This document shows, piece after piece, positions 10,083-17,605 of a DNA stretch of 64,000 nt. The DNA is from a virus, in IMG/VR virus record IMGVR_UViG_3300023179_006727, positions 1 to 64,000 of that record; one strand, written 5' to 3'. Every line of letters begins with the position of its first letter. The stretch's first letter is position 1. Below the pieces are notes generated by a model. It made no database searches, was not told the DNA's origin, and saw only the letters and a list, made by a program, of their open reading frames with translations. A program made the translations under genes and the position numbers.

Positions 10083-10811
10083 TTATTTATGTAAAAAGGA
10101 ATGTATAAGTTGACGAACTTCATCTGCGTTGATGATTTGATCATAAGGATTTTCAAATCCCTGTTTTTCAATCTTTATATCATTTACAAAACTTTTATTA
10201 AAAATTTTTGATAAATTATGAATCGCATTTTCATAGTTAATAATAGGACCTGTTATGCCAACCTTTTCTGCATATTGAAAGAAATAATTACTTGATTGTA
10301 CGAGCCATTTACTATTACTAACAACTGATAAATCTACTGTAACTTTGTCACTAAACCTTTCTTTATTTTTAAATTGTGTCCATCGATTAGTTGTTTGTGC
10401 TATAATATAACTTAATAAATGATTTTCCATATCCAACCTTTTAATAAGAAAAAAAGAAAAATTATTTTCCTTTAAATGTGACACAATGGTTGACATATGT
10501 TTTATTAAATAATGATATGGAAATACTCTTAATACCAATGGCATTGTTGTGTTTTGTTTTAGTGTACTATTAATATATTCAATTCGTCTAGGTAAAATTT
10601 CTAAATCATCATATTCAGGTAAAAATTTACAATATAATTCCCCTTTTTCGTTACAGACAGGCAACGGTTGCATATTTTTACCTAAACCACTTGTATAAGG
10701 TTCATATAAATCTAGAATTTTTTGTTCAGAATTAGTTTTTATTAATTCAGCAATATATTGACTACCACATCTTGGTAACCCAAATAAACAGATTCTGCTG
10801 TACATTACCAA
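10083..10811 (-). CDS. Putative PAPS-dependent sulfotransferase (Stf0-like)
   Basis: N-terminal GLPRCGSQ resembles the 5'-PSB loop; IKRLDMENHLLS resembles the 3'-PB motif; C-terminal INYE. Confidence 0.65.
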   Translation of the reverse strand: MVMYSRICLFGLPRCGSQYIAELIKTNSEQKILDLYEPYTSGLGKNMQPLPVCNEKGELYCKFLPEYDDLEILPRRIEYINSTLKQNTTMPLVLRVFPYHYLIKHMSTIVSHLKENNFSFFLIKRLDMENHLLSYIIAQTTNRWTQFKNKERFSDKVTVDLSVVSNSKWLVQSSNYFFQYAEKVGITGPIINYENAIHNLSKIFNKSFVNDIKIEKQGFENPYDQIINADEVRQLIHSFLHK

Positions 10812-11737
10812 CCTTCTTGTTCACGAATGATATCAATTTCTTTAATCATGGCACCACGATTATGCCATTTTTGACTGACATAATCTTTAAAAAACTTACT
10901 TTGTTCTTTATTTAATTCTACAATAGACAACCCTAAATCATGCTTTAATATTTCACCCAATCGTATATTATCTTCATCGGAACAATGTTGATGCTCACCC
11001 CATAACTCATCTAAGTATTTGAAATCACGCACTAAGGTATAAACCCAATCATTTTTTACCATAAGATAATAAGTTCCCATTCTTGCACCATACATTGCCC
11101 ACCAACCATACTCTTCATCCCTACCAATATTTTGCCAAATGTTTAAGTTTTGCATGTTACGAGGCCAAAGATGGGTACTAAATTCTTTTACAGTAGATGG
11201 TGGGTTACCATCCCTTGTACATAATTTTACACCTTCACGAAATCCTGCTCTCCATGCTTGTTTTGGGGTATAATTAATATATGTGGTTGAAAAGCAATCA
11301 TGCATAGGCCAATACATAGGATCAAAACAAAATTCTATATTAGTCCTTGCTTCACCTGTAGTATTTTCATGTGTTTTCATCGCTAGTACAAACTTTTTTG
11401 TCCAACAACTCATACCACCATTACCATAATATAAGCCATTTACGTTATTACGTGCTCGCCAACGAAATTGTGCATGTTGACTAATTTCATCTAAGTTTAA
11501 TTGTAAGGTAAAAAATGATTCATTAGGCATATTATCACCATCAATTAGAACAAATCGCTCTGTAGTGCTTGCGTTTGCTGCTGCTTTATGTGCGGCATCT
11601 GATCCAAATACACCATCAACACGCACTGCCCATGGCACCATGTCTTTTATTTTAAGCCAAAATTCTTCTTTTTGTGGTTCGTCGTATGAAAGATATATAC
11701 AATCTAAGTCTGCAATATCTACAATATGATTATTCAT
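10805..11737 (-). CDS. Putative GT-A fold glycosyltransferase
   Basis: N-terminal strand IYLSYDEP, AHKAAANAS helix, then FVLIDGDN (DXD motif) and a GGM motif. Confidence 0.65.
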   Translation of the reverse strand: MNNHIVDIADLDCIYLSYDEPQKEEFWLKIKDMVPWAVRVDGVFGSDAAHKAAANASTTERFVLIDGDNMPNESFFTLQLNLDEISQHAQFRWRARNNVNGLYYGNGGMSCWTKKFVLAMKTHENTTGEARTNIEFCFDPMYWPMHDCFSTTYINYTPKQAWRAGFREGVKLCTRDGNPPSTVKEFSTHLWPRNMQNLNIWQNIGRDEEYGWWAMYGARMGTYYLMVKNDWVYTLVRDFKYLDELWGEHQHCSDEDNIRLGEILKHDLGLSIVELNKEQSKFFKDYVSQKWHNRGAMIKEIDIIREQEGW

Positions 11738-12095
11738 CCTGCAAATCTTCTACCTTAACCGTGTCAACAAAAATATGTTCTGAATCATCATCAACAAGTA
11801 TGTTCCAATTTTCGGGATGTACCTTAAATCCCACCTTAGAACGTTTAAAAATAAGAAAGCGTGGATGTACAGGTCTAACTAATTTACCATCAATTACTTT
11901 TACTTGAAAACTAGCGATTTCGTAATCTTTATGTTGTATAACAATATAATCACCTTCTTCTTCACCTGCTGAATAAAAAAGTGGTAAAGATGTATCTTTA
12001 TCATAGTAAAGACGATATTCAATAGGTTTTCTTTCAACAAAATTGTTGACTAGTTTAAACGCTTCAATAATGTTTTTTAATTCGGGATCAATCAT
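11730..12095 (-). CDS. Hypothetical protein
   Basis: 121-aa ORF overlapping both neighbours in the operon. Confidence 0.8.
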   Translation of the reverse strand: MIDPELKNIIEAFKLVNNFVERKPIEYRLYYDKDTSLPLFYSAGEEEGDYIVIQHKDYEIASFQVKVIDGKLVRPVHPRFLIFKRSKVGFKVHPENWNILVDDDSEHIFVDTVKVEDLQDE

Positions 12096-12891
12096 AATAT
12101 GGACTAAAAGTATTTACTAAAGATTTATGTACATAATGAACAGGATAAAATTGACTGTAATTACAAATTTTCATTTGTCCATCTGCAAGAATTTCAAAAA
12201 ACAATTCTTTTGTCCAATCATCACTAACAATGTTTGACATTCTAGGTTTCATATGTGCCCATTTTAACGGATTGATAGCTGATGGAATTATACATTGTTC
12301 TTCACCATGTAATATTGTAGCTATAGCATAAACCACATCGGTTGTTGCAATTTCGTTATCAGGACAATATCGTAATATTGTTTTAAAATTATCCCACTTC
12401 TCAAAAATGTTTCTAACTGTTCCAAAAAATGATTCAGCTACTTTTCCTTTCTTGAAATAAGTAATACCATTATAGATATCAGGTAAATCATTTTTATCAA
12501 ATATAAGTCTATAATCACGAACATGGCTTGGTTGATTTTTATAATTGACGCATCCATGTGCAATTGCCAAATCTCTATTTGCACATGCTTCCCACCATGA
12601 ATCTATATTTCTAGTAATCAGAACATCGCTCTCAATTTTAAAAGTTTCATCATAGGGTGATGCATCATACACTTGCCAATCATTAACCAATTTCCATTCA
12701 TCACTTGAACGATCCATATGTGGAAATTCAATAATTTGATCGAAGTGATTATCGTCAATAACAATATCAGTTAGTAATGATATAGGAAAAGTAGGATTAG
12801 TTTTGCGTATGCTTTTTGCGAGTAAACGTGCACAGGCAACATAATCTGTTGTTGTATTGTTTTGTGCGAGTATAATTATACCTTTACTCAT
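12088..12891 (-). CDS. Putative GT8-like glycosyltransferase with degenerate DXD (ESD)
   Basis: KGIIILAQN..DY, LAKSIR, ASPYDETFKIESD; paralogue of 12884..13684. Confidence 0.65.
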   Translation of the reverse strand: MSKGIIILAQNNTTTDYVACARLLAKSIRKTNPTFPISLLTDIVIDDNHFDQIIEFPHMDRSSDEWKLVNDWQVYDASPYDETFKIESDVLITRNIDSWWEACANRDLAIAHGCVNYKNQPSHVRDYRLIFDKNDLPDIYNGITYFKKGKVAESFFGTVRNIFEKWDNFKTILRYCPDNEIATTDVVYAIATILHGEEQCIIPSAINPLKWAHMKPRMSNIVSDDWTKELFFEILADGQMKICNYSQFYPVHYVHKSLVNTFSPYYD

Positions 12892-13684
12892 TTATCATAT
12901 CCAATAAATTTAATTTATTCATACAATGAAAGTCTGTTTGACCAAAGTTTAATTTATAAGGTCGCATTGTATTACTAACAATTTTGTTAAATTTAAACTC
13001 AAATTCTGTTTGATCAATTTTAGCTACTTCGACATCAGGATAGACATTTAATAAAGGCCATTTTATTGTGTAATCATCTATGCCCAAATGTCCACTTACT
13101 GTGTTTAATGCGATTGTTAAAGCATAATCATTACGATATAATTGATTATTAAATTTATATAATCCTGCATAGTAAATGTAATTCTTTTGAATCATTTTCC
13201 ACATATCAAATAATGCACGTGTGAAATCATCTTTTTTAAATGTAATAACTGTTGCCCAACACATTTCTAACTGATATTGACCAATAAATGTTTCTGTAAT
13301 AGTGCTATATTTCGAGACTGAATTAGTTGTATTATGACATAAAAAACTAGAGTTTATATCCCATAGTTTATTTAAATGATTGGTGTTAATAATATAATCT
13401 GTATCGAGTAATAGAGTATGGTCATATGGTGTTAGATCGTATGCCATATGTCGATCAAAGTTTTTCCAAAAAATTAAATTACCATTTTTATCCGCTCGTT
13501 GTTGGTATATTTCATTCTTATGTAATATAACTTGATCAAATGATTCATCAACTGTTTCATTGTCAGTGATTAAAGTTACAGGTAAATTTAGAAATTGTTT
13601 TACACGTTGTGCAGTAAATTTGGCTATTTTAACATAGTCAATTTCTTCAGTATTATTTGCAATTAGAACAATTCCACGATTCAT
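12884..13684 (-). CDS. Putative GT8-like glycosyltransferase
   Basis: RGIVLIANN..DY, LTPYDHTLLLDTD (DXD motif), RNDYAL, C-terminal FHCMNK. Confidence 0.7.
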   Translation of the reverse strand: MNRGIVLIANNTEEIDYVKIAKFTAQRVKQFLNLPVTLITDNETVDESFDQVILHKNEIYQQRADKNGNLIFWKNFDRHMAYDLTPYDHTLLLDTDYIINTNHLNKLWDINSSFLCHNTTNSVSKYSTITETFIGQYQLEMCWATVITFKKDDFTRALFDMWKMIQKNYIYYAGLYKFNNQLYRNDYALTIALNTVSGHLGIDDYTIKWPLLNVYPDVEVAKIDQTEFEFKFNKIVSNTMRPYKLNFGQTDFHCMNKLNLLDMINE

Positions 13685-13989
13685 CGTTGTGTTTTTACAT
13701 TATCTAATTCTTCACTCCATTGTGCCATAACTATATTATAGTTTTCAATTAGTGAACTAAGTAGTTCTTTACGATTGACAAGGACAACGTTTTTATATTC
13801 ATCAACAAGATGAATTTCATCAGGTAATTGTTCTACCGCAAGAAATGAAATAAATTGTGGATTAGAAATCCAATAACCACCTTGACTTACAATAAGTAAT
13901 TTACTTTTGAACTTTTCTTCTAGTAAATTTTTGTGCAATCTATGATCATATCTTGATCTTACAGTTTTAATAATTTGATTAATATCCAT
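13681..13989 (-). CDS. Hypothetical protein; first gene of the glycosyltransferase operon
   Basis: 102-aa ORF with an ATGA overlap downstream; TAAATA at 13995-14000, 5 nt before the ATG. Confidence 0.85.
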   Translation of the reverse strand: MDINQIIKTVRSRYDHRLHKNLLEEKFKSKLLIVSQGGYWISNPQFISFLAVEQLPDEIHLVDEYKNVVLVNRKELLSSLIENYNIVMAQWSEELDNVKTQR

Positions 13990-14090
13990 AACACTATTTA
14001 ATGTTAAATATTAAGCTATATTTTTTTTATTGTTTTTTTAGACCTAATTTTTATAATGTTTAATGCATCTTAAAAAATATAAATCTAGAT

Positions 14091-14113
14091 AAGGTAAATT
14101 ATTAATTTACCTT
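14091..14113. terminator. Perfect 10-bp hairpin, likely terminator (degenerate copy at ~15303-15323)
   Basis: AAGGTAAATT-att-AATTTACCTT downstream of 14142..14396; both copies are flanked by TTTGTGGTCGTT. Confidence 0.55.
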
Positions 14114-14141
14114 TGTGGTCGTTTATTAATAACTGAGCTTT

Positions 14142-14396
14142 TTATTGTTCAGATGGCTGTGGTAGTAACATATTTTGATTCAATAGATCAGCATCACGAT
14201 TTCTATAACTAATCGTGGTTTCATCATCTACCAATTGTTCATCAACCAAAATACTATACATATAAGTTTGATAATTTTTATTAGTGGCAGAAGGTATTAA
14301 AATCTCATCTGTATCTTTATCATTTAATTCATAATGACCTTCACGTATCGACCTAACTCTATTATCTTTATCAAGTTTAAAAAATCTTTGAAACAT
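14142..14396 (-). CDS. Small acidic protein, possible tail-fibre assembly chaperone (copy B)
   Basis: MFQRFFKLD start, AAAGGA Shine-Dalgarno; paralogue of 15366..15623. Function is inferred from position only. Confidence 0.75.
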   Translation of the reverse strand: MFQRFFKLDKDNRVRSIREGHYELNDKDTDEILIPSATNKNYQTYMYSILVDEQLVDDETTISYRNRDADLLNQNMLLPQPSEQ

Positions 14397-14418
14397 ATTA
14401 TTTCCTTTATATTTTATA

Positions 14419-14841
14419 TTATGTTATATCTTCTTCAATTACAACAAAACTCCAACTAATAGTGTAAGTATTAGTACCCCCCAATTTAATGTATCTTCCT
14501 GCTGGCAAATACAAAGGCCCATAATTCATGAATTCTAACATAGTCCCTATTCCAGCTACACCACTAATAACCCCGGTTGCACCCGTCCATCCAGGACCTT
14601 CATTAAATATAATGTTCAAAATTCTAAAATATTGAGACCCAGCCGATTGAGTAAAAATCGTTCCAGTAATATTTAAACTTCCTGCAATAATGTATGCGTA
14701 ATTCGGGTCGGTATTAGCAAACGGCGCATAAAAATATGCATTTCCAACTACTTTAGCTGTTCTACCACTTGGTACCGTGTAGATAGTTGTCTCAGAGTTT
14801 GCTAGAGCCGCTCCCGCAAATGATTTTATATATCTAGCCAT
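14419..14841 (-). CDS. Small beta-rich putative tail-tip/receptor-binding protein (copy B)
   Basis: MARYIKSF...YTVPSGRTAK...NYGPLYL...VVIEEDIT; SD and ATAAATA upstream. Confidence 0.75.
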   Translation of the reverse strand: MARYIKSFAGAALANSETTIYTVPSGRTAKVVGNAYFYAPFANTDPNYAYIIAGSLNITGTIFTQSAGSQYFRILNIIFNEGPGWTGATGVISGVAGIGTMLEFMNYGPLYLPAGRYIKLGGTNTYTISWSFVVIEEDIT

Positions 14842-14892
14842 TTTCTTTTTTCCTTTTTTGTATTTATTATATCATATAATAATGCTTTAATT

Positions 14893-15015
14893 TTAAACTA
14901 TTTTAGAATTATAACTAAACGCAACAAATGGAGTTTGTGTATTTAGATTGAACGCATTAAATGCTTTAAATGGCAAATCTTCTTCACTTGAAATAATTGT
15001 TAATGATAATGATTG
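14893..15015 (-). pseudogene. Start-less relic of the last 40 codons of the Ig-repeat tail-fibre gene
   Basis: Reads QSLSLTIISSEEDLPFKAFNAFNLNTQTPFVAFSYNSKIV*, versus EPLTLTIVAASTIDLPFKEFDAFSLNTQTPFVAFDYDPLIT* in 16084..17604. Confidence 0.85.
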
Positions 15016-15227
15016 ACAAGGACAACGTTTTTATATTCATCAACAAGATATATTTCATTAGGTAGTTGTTCTACTGCAAGAAACGAAATAAATTGTTGGT
15101 TAGAAATCCAATAACCACCTTGACTTACAATAAGTAATTTACTTTTAAATTTTTCTTCAAGTAGATTTTTGTGCAATCTATAATCATATCTTGATCTTAC
15201 AGTTTTAATAATTTAATTAGTATCCAT
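15011..15227 (-). pseudogene. Truncated copy of gene 13681..13989 with a nonsense mutation at codon 5
   Basis: ATG GAT ACT AAT TAA (CAA changed to TAA), then IIKTVRSRYDYRLHKNLLEEKFKSKLLIVSQGGYWISNQQF...; still has TAAATA at 15233-15238. Confidence 0.9.
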
Positions 15228-15365
15228 GATACTATTTAATATTAAATATTAAGGTGTATTTTTTTCTATTTATGGTTTATTTTAATTAAATAAAAACCTT
15301 CAAAAGTAAATTAATTTACCTTTGTGGTCGTTAATTGAGATGGTAGCTTGCTAAACATGAGGTTT

Positions 15366-15623
15366 TTATTCTTGAGATTGCGGTAATTGCATCATAATTT
15401 GTTTCTTGTAAAACTCTTCATCGTCCTTTCGCTTACTTATTGTAACTCCATCTTCTACTAACTGTCCATTAACAAAAATACAATGCATATAATTTTTGAA
15501 CTCTTTATGATTTGCAGAATGTATTATAATTTCATCTGCATGTTTGTCATCCAATTCATAATGCCCTTCACGAACTGATACAACTCTATTACCTTCATCT
15601 AGTTTAAAAAATCTTTGAAACAT
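15366..15623 (-). CDS. Small protein, possible tail-fibre assembly chaperone (copy A); start at 15623 preferred
   Basis: ATG 15623 gives MFQRFFKLD, matching the paralogue, and has an AAAGGA SD. Confidence 0.75.
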   Translation of the reverse strand: MFQRFFKLDEGNRVVSVREGHYELDDKHADEIIIHSANHKEFKNYMHCIFVNGQLVEDGVTISKRKDDEEFYKKQIMMQLPQSQE

Positions 15624-15645
15624 ATTATTTCCTTTATCATTTATA

Positions 15646-16038
15646 TTATGTAATATCTTCTTCAATTACAACAAAATTATACATCATGTTTTGAAAATTA
15701 GAATATACGCTTACAACACTACCAGTTGCTAAATACAACGGACCATAATTACAATAATTTGGGATTATTTGAATCGAGGATCCGTACATCGCCATTGCCG
15801 CTGGAAACATTCCACCTTCATTGAACATAATTAGCGGTACTTGGTAACTATAACTTGTAGTTGCATAAGTACCACTATAAAATGTACTGTTGACTTCAAC
15901 ATAAGACCTAGTACCCCCAGCATCATTCCAACCCCCCATTTTGCAACTTCCGAGTAATTTAGCTGTTCTACCAGCTGGCACAGTATAAACACTTGCAGAC
16001 AGTGTATTACCACTAAAAGATTTTATATATCTAGCCAC
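15646..16038 (-). CDS. Small beta-rich putative tail-tip/receptor-binding protein (copy A)
   Basis: GTG start with SD and GATAAATA; same termini as 14419..14841 but a divergent core. Confidence 0.75.
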   Translation of the reverse strand: MARYIKSFSGNTLSASVYTVPAGRTAKLLGSCKMGGWNDAGGTRSYVEVNSTFYSGTYATTSYSYQVPLIMFNEGGMFPAAMAMYGSSIQIIPNYCNYGPLYLATGSVVSVYSNFQNMMYNFVVIEEDIT

Positions 16039-16083
16039 TCTCTTTTTTCCTTTTTATTATTTATCATATGATATTATGTTTAA

Positions 16084-17604
16084 TTAAGTTATCAATGGAT
16101 CATAATCAAACGCAACGAATGGAGTTTGTGTATTTAAACTAAATGCATCAAATTCCTTAAATGGTAAATCTATGGTACTAGCAGCTACAATAGTTAATGT
16201 TAATGGTTCTGAACCCGAATTTGAATAAGCATCAAGTGCTTGAACAGTAAAAGAAGCAATAGTCGGTGATGATGGTGTACCACTTAATACACCACCTGAT
16301 GATAAAGATAAACCTGCAGGAAGTGAGCCTGATATCACTGACCACGTGTAAGGAGCAGTTCCTCCGCTTGCAGTAAATGTTTGAGAATATGAAGTTCCTT
16401 CTTCACCATTACTCAATGTTGTTGGTGATATAGTTATTGTCGCTCCACTAATAGTTAATGATAACGATTGTGTACCTGTATATCCAAATGAGTCCATTGC
16501 TTGAATCACAAAGTTAGCAGTAGTCCCTGATAGTGGTGTACCACTTAATACACCACCCGATGATAAAGCTAAACCTGCAGGAAGTGAACCTGATACCACT
16601 GACCACGTGTAAGGAGCAGTTCCTCCACTTGCGGTAAATGTTTGAGAATATGAAATTCCTGCAGTACCATTGCTCAATGATGTTGGTGATATAGTTATTG
16701 TGGGAACCGCTCCTCCACCTGACCACCCTGCACCTGAAAAAGATACAGTTGCAATACCCCATGAGTCTTGAACTAAACCACGGAAAGGAGGTTTACGTAC
16801 TAAAACAGAAACTGTAAATGTACCTGTTACAACATCTGCCCATATATTTGTATGATTATCCCTAAAAGTAGTGGTAAATACTAAACGATCTGTTCCTTGT
16901 CCACTTACATCAACGGTTAATGTATTACTTGAATATGCACCACTTCCCGATCCACTATACATTCTACCTGCACTATCATAAAAACCAAAATTAGAACTAG
17001 CTGTACCACCACTACTCATCGCTTGTACCCACATCGTACCTGCGTTTGAGCATACTGTTGCCCAATTTAAATTTTGTTGAGAACCACCACCACTATAACT
17101 TATTTGAAGATTTACTCGACCACCCGCATTAAAAAAGTATCTTGCTGCATCAGAACTAGTCCACAAAACAGTCGCTATGTTTTGTATTTGTGGTTTTGCA
17201 GGTGTACCCCATGTTTGAACATAATTACTAGAAGCTAATGTTTGATCAGTAAATTGTGTATAGTCCCCAAATCTATTTTCTGTACCACTAGTATCACATA
17301 ATGTATTCATGTTTGAATCAAATGTTGATAACCAAGTTATTAAATCATATGTTACAGGTACAGTAATGCCTGCACTTGCTCCATTTTCATGCGTAGAAAT
17401 ATTGTTTAATGTAGTTACAAGTGATGCCCATTCAACAGGACTACCTGAAATTCCTGCTTCAATAAGTTCACCAACTGTTACTGTGCCAAGTGATGGCTGT
17501 CCCCAACCAAAATTACCACTACCTGTACTCCACACATTATTAATAGTAGATAATCTAGTGTTATAATCATTTGCTTGAATTAAACCGCCAACATTGTAAG
17601 TCAT
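16084..17604 (-). CDS. Tail fibre-type virion protein with two putative Ig (He_PIG-like) domains
   Basis: Two copies of YSQTFTASGGTAPYTWSVxSGSLPAGLxLSSGGVLSGTP; the N-terminal ~290 aa are paralogous to 17606..19537. Confidence 0.8.
   Translation of the reverse strand: MTYNVGGLIQANDYNTRLSTINNVWSTGSGNFGWGQPSLGTVTVGELIEAGISGSPVEWASLVTTLNNISTHENGASAGITVPVTYDLITWLSTFDSNMNTLCDTSGTENRFGDYTQFTDQTLASSNYVQTWGTPAKPQIQNIATVLWTSSDAARYFFNAGGRVNLQISYSGGGSQQNLNWATVCSNAGTMWVQAMSSGGTASSNFGFYDSAGRMYSGSGSGAYSSNTLTVDVSGQGTDRLVFTTTFRDNHTNIWADVVTGTFTVSVLVRKPPFRGLVQDSWGIATVSFSGAGWSGGGAVPTITISPTSLSNGTAGISYSQTFTASGGTAPYTWSVVSGSLPAGLALSSGGVLSGTPLSGTTANFVIQAMDSFGYTGTQSLSLTISGATITISPTTLSNGEEGTSYSQTFTASGGTAPYTWSVISGSLPAGLSLSSGGVLSGTPSSPTIASFTVQALDAYSNSGSEPLTLTIVAASTIDLPFKEFDAFSLNTQTPFVAFDYDPLIT
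16200..16705 (-). repeat. Two near-identical 261-bp direct repeats encoding the Ig domains
   Basis: GGTGTACCACTTAATACACCACC... occurs at 16274 and 16535 (offset 261 bp = 87 aa). Confidence 0.9.
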
Positions 17605-17605
17605 T

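Larger units (their letters stand above)
13773..16206 (-). repeat. Imperfect tandem duplication with a ~1.24-kb unit (junction near 15009-15015)
   Basis: 15011-15253 closely matches 13773-14015; 14893-15015 matches the 3' end of gene 16084..17604; two paralogous gene pairs and two copies of a hairpin lie between. Confidence 0.9.

Noticed and set aside
14095-14108. TAAATTATTAATTT shared by the hairpin apices at 14095 and 60632
   Set aside because: A pure A/T 14-mer in a very AT-rich genome; cannot be distinguished from chance by eye.
14142-16038. Diversity-generating retroelement (TR/VR pair) as the cause of the variable paralogues
   Set aside because: No reverse transcriptase in the window; differences include indels and are not adenine-specific; both copies are intact genes.
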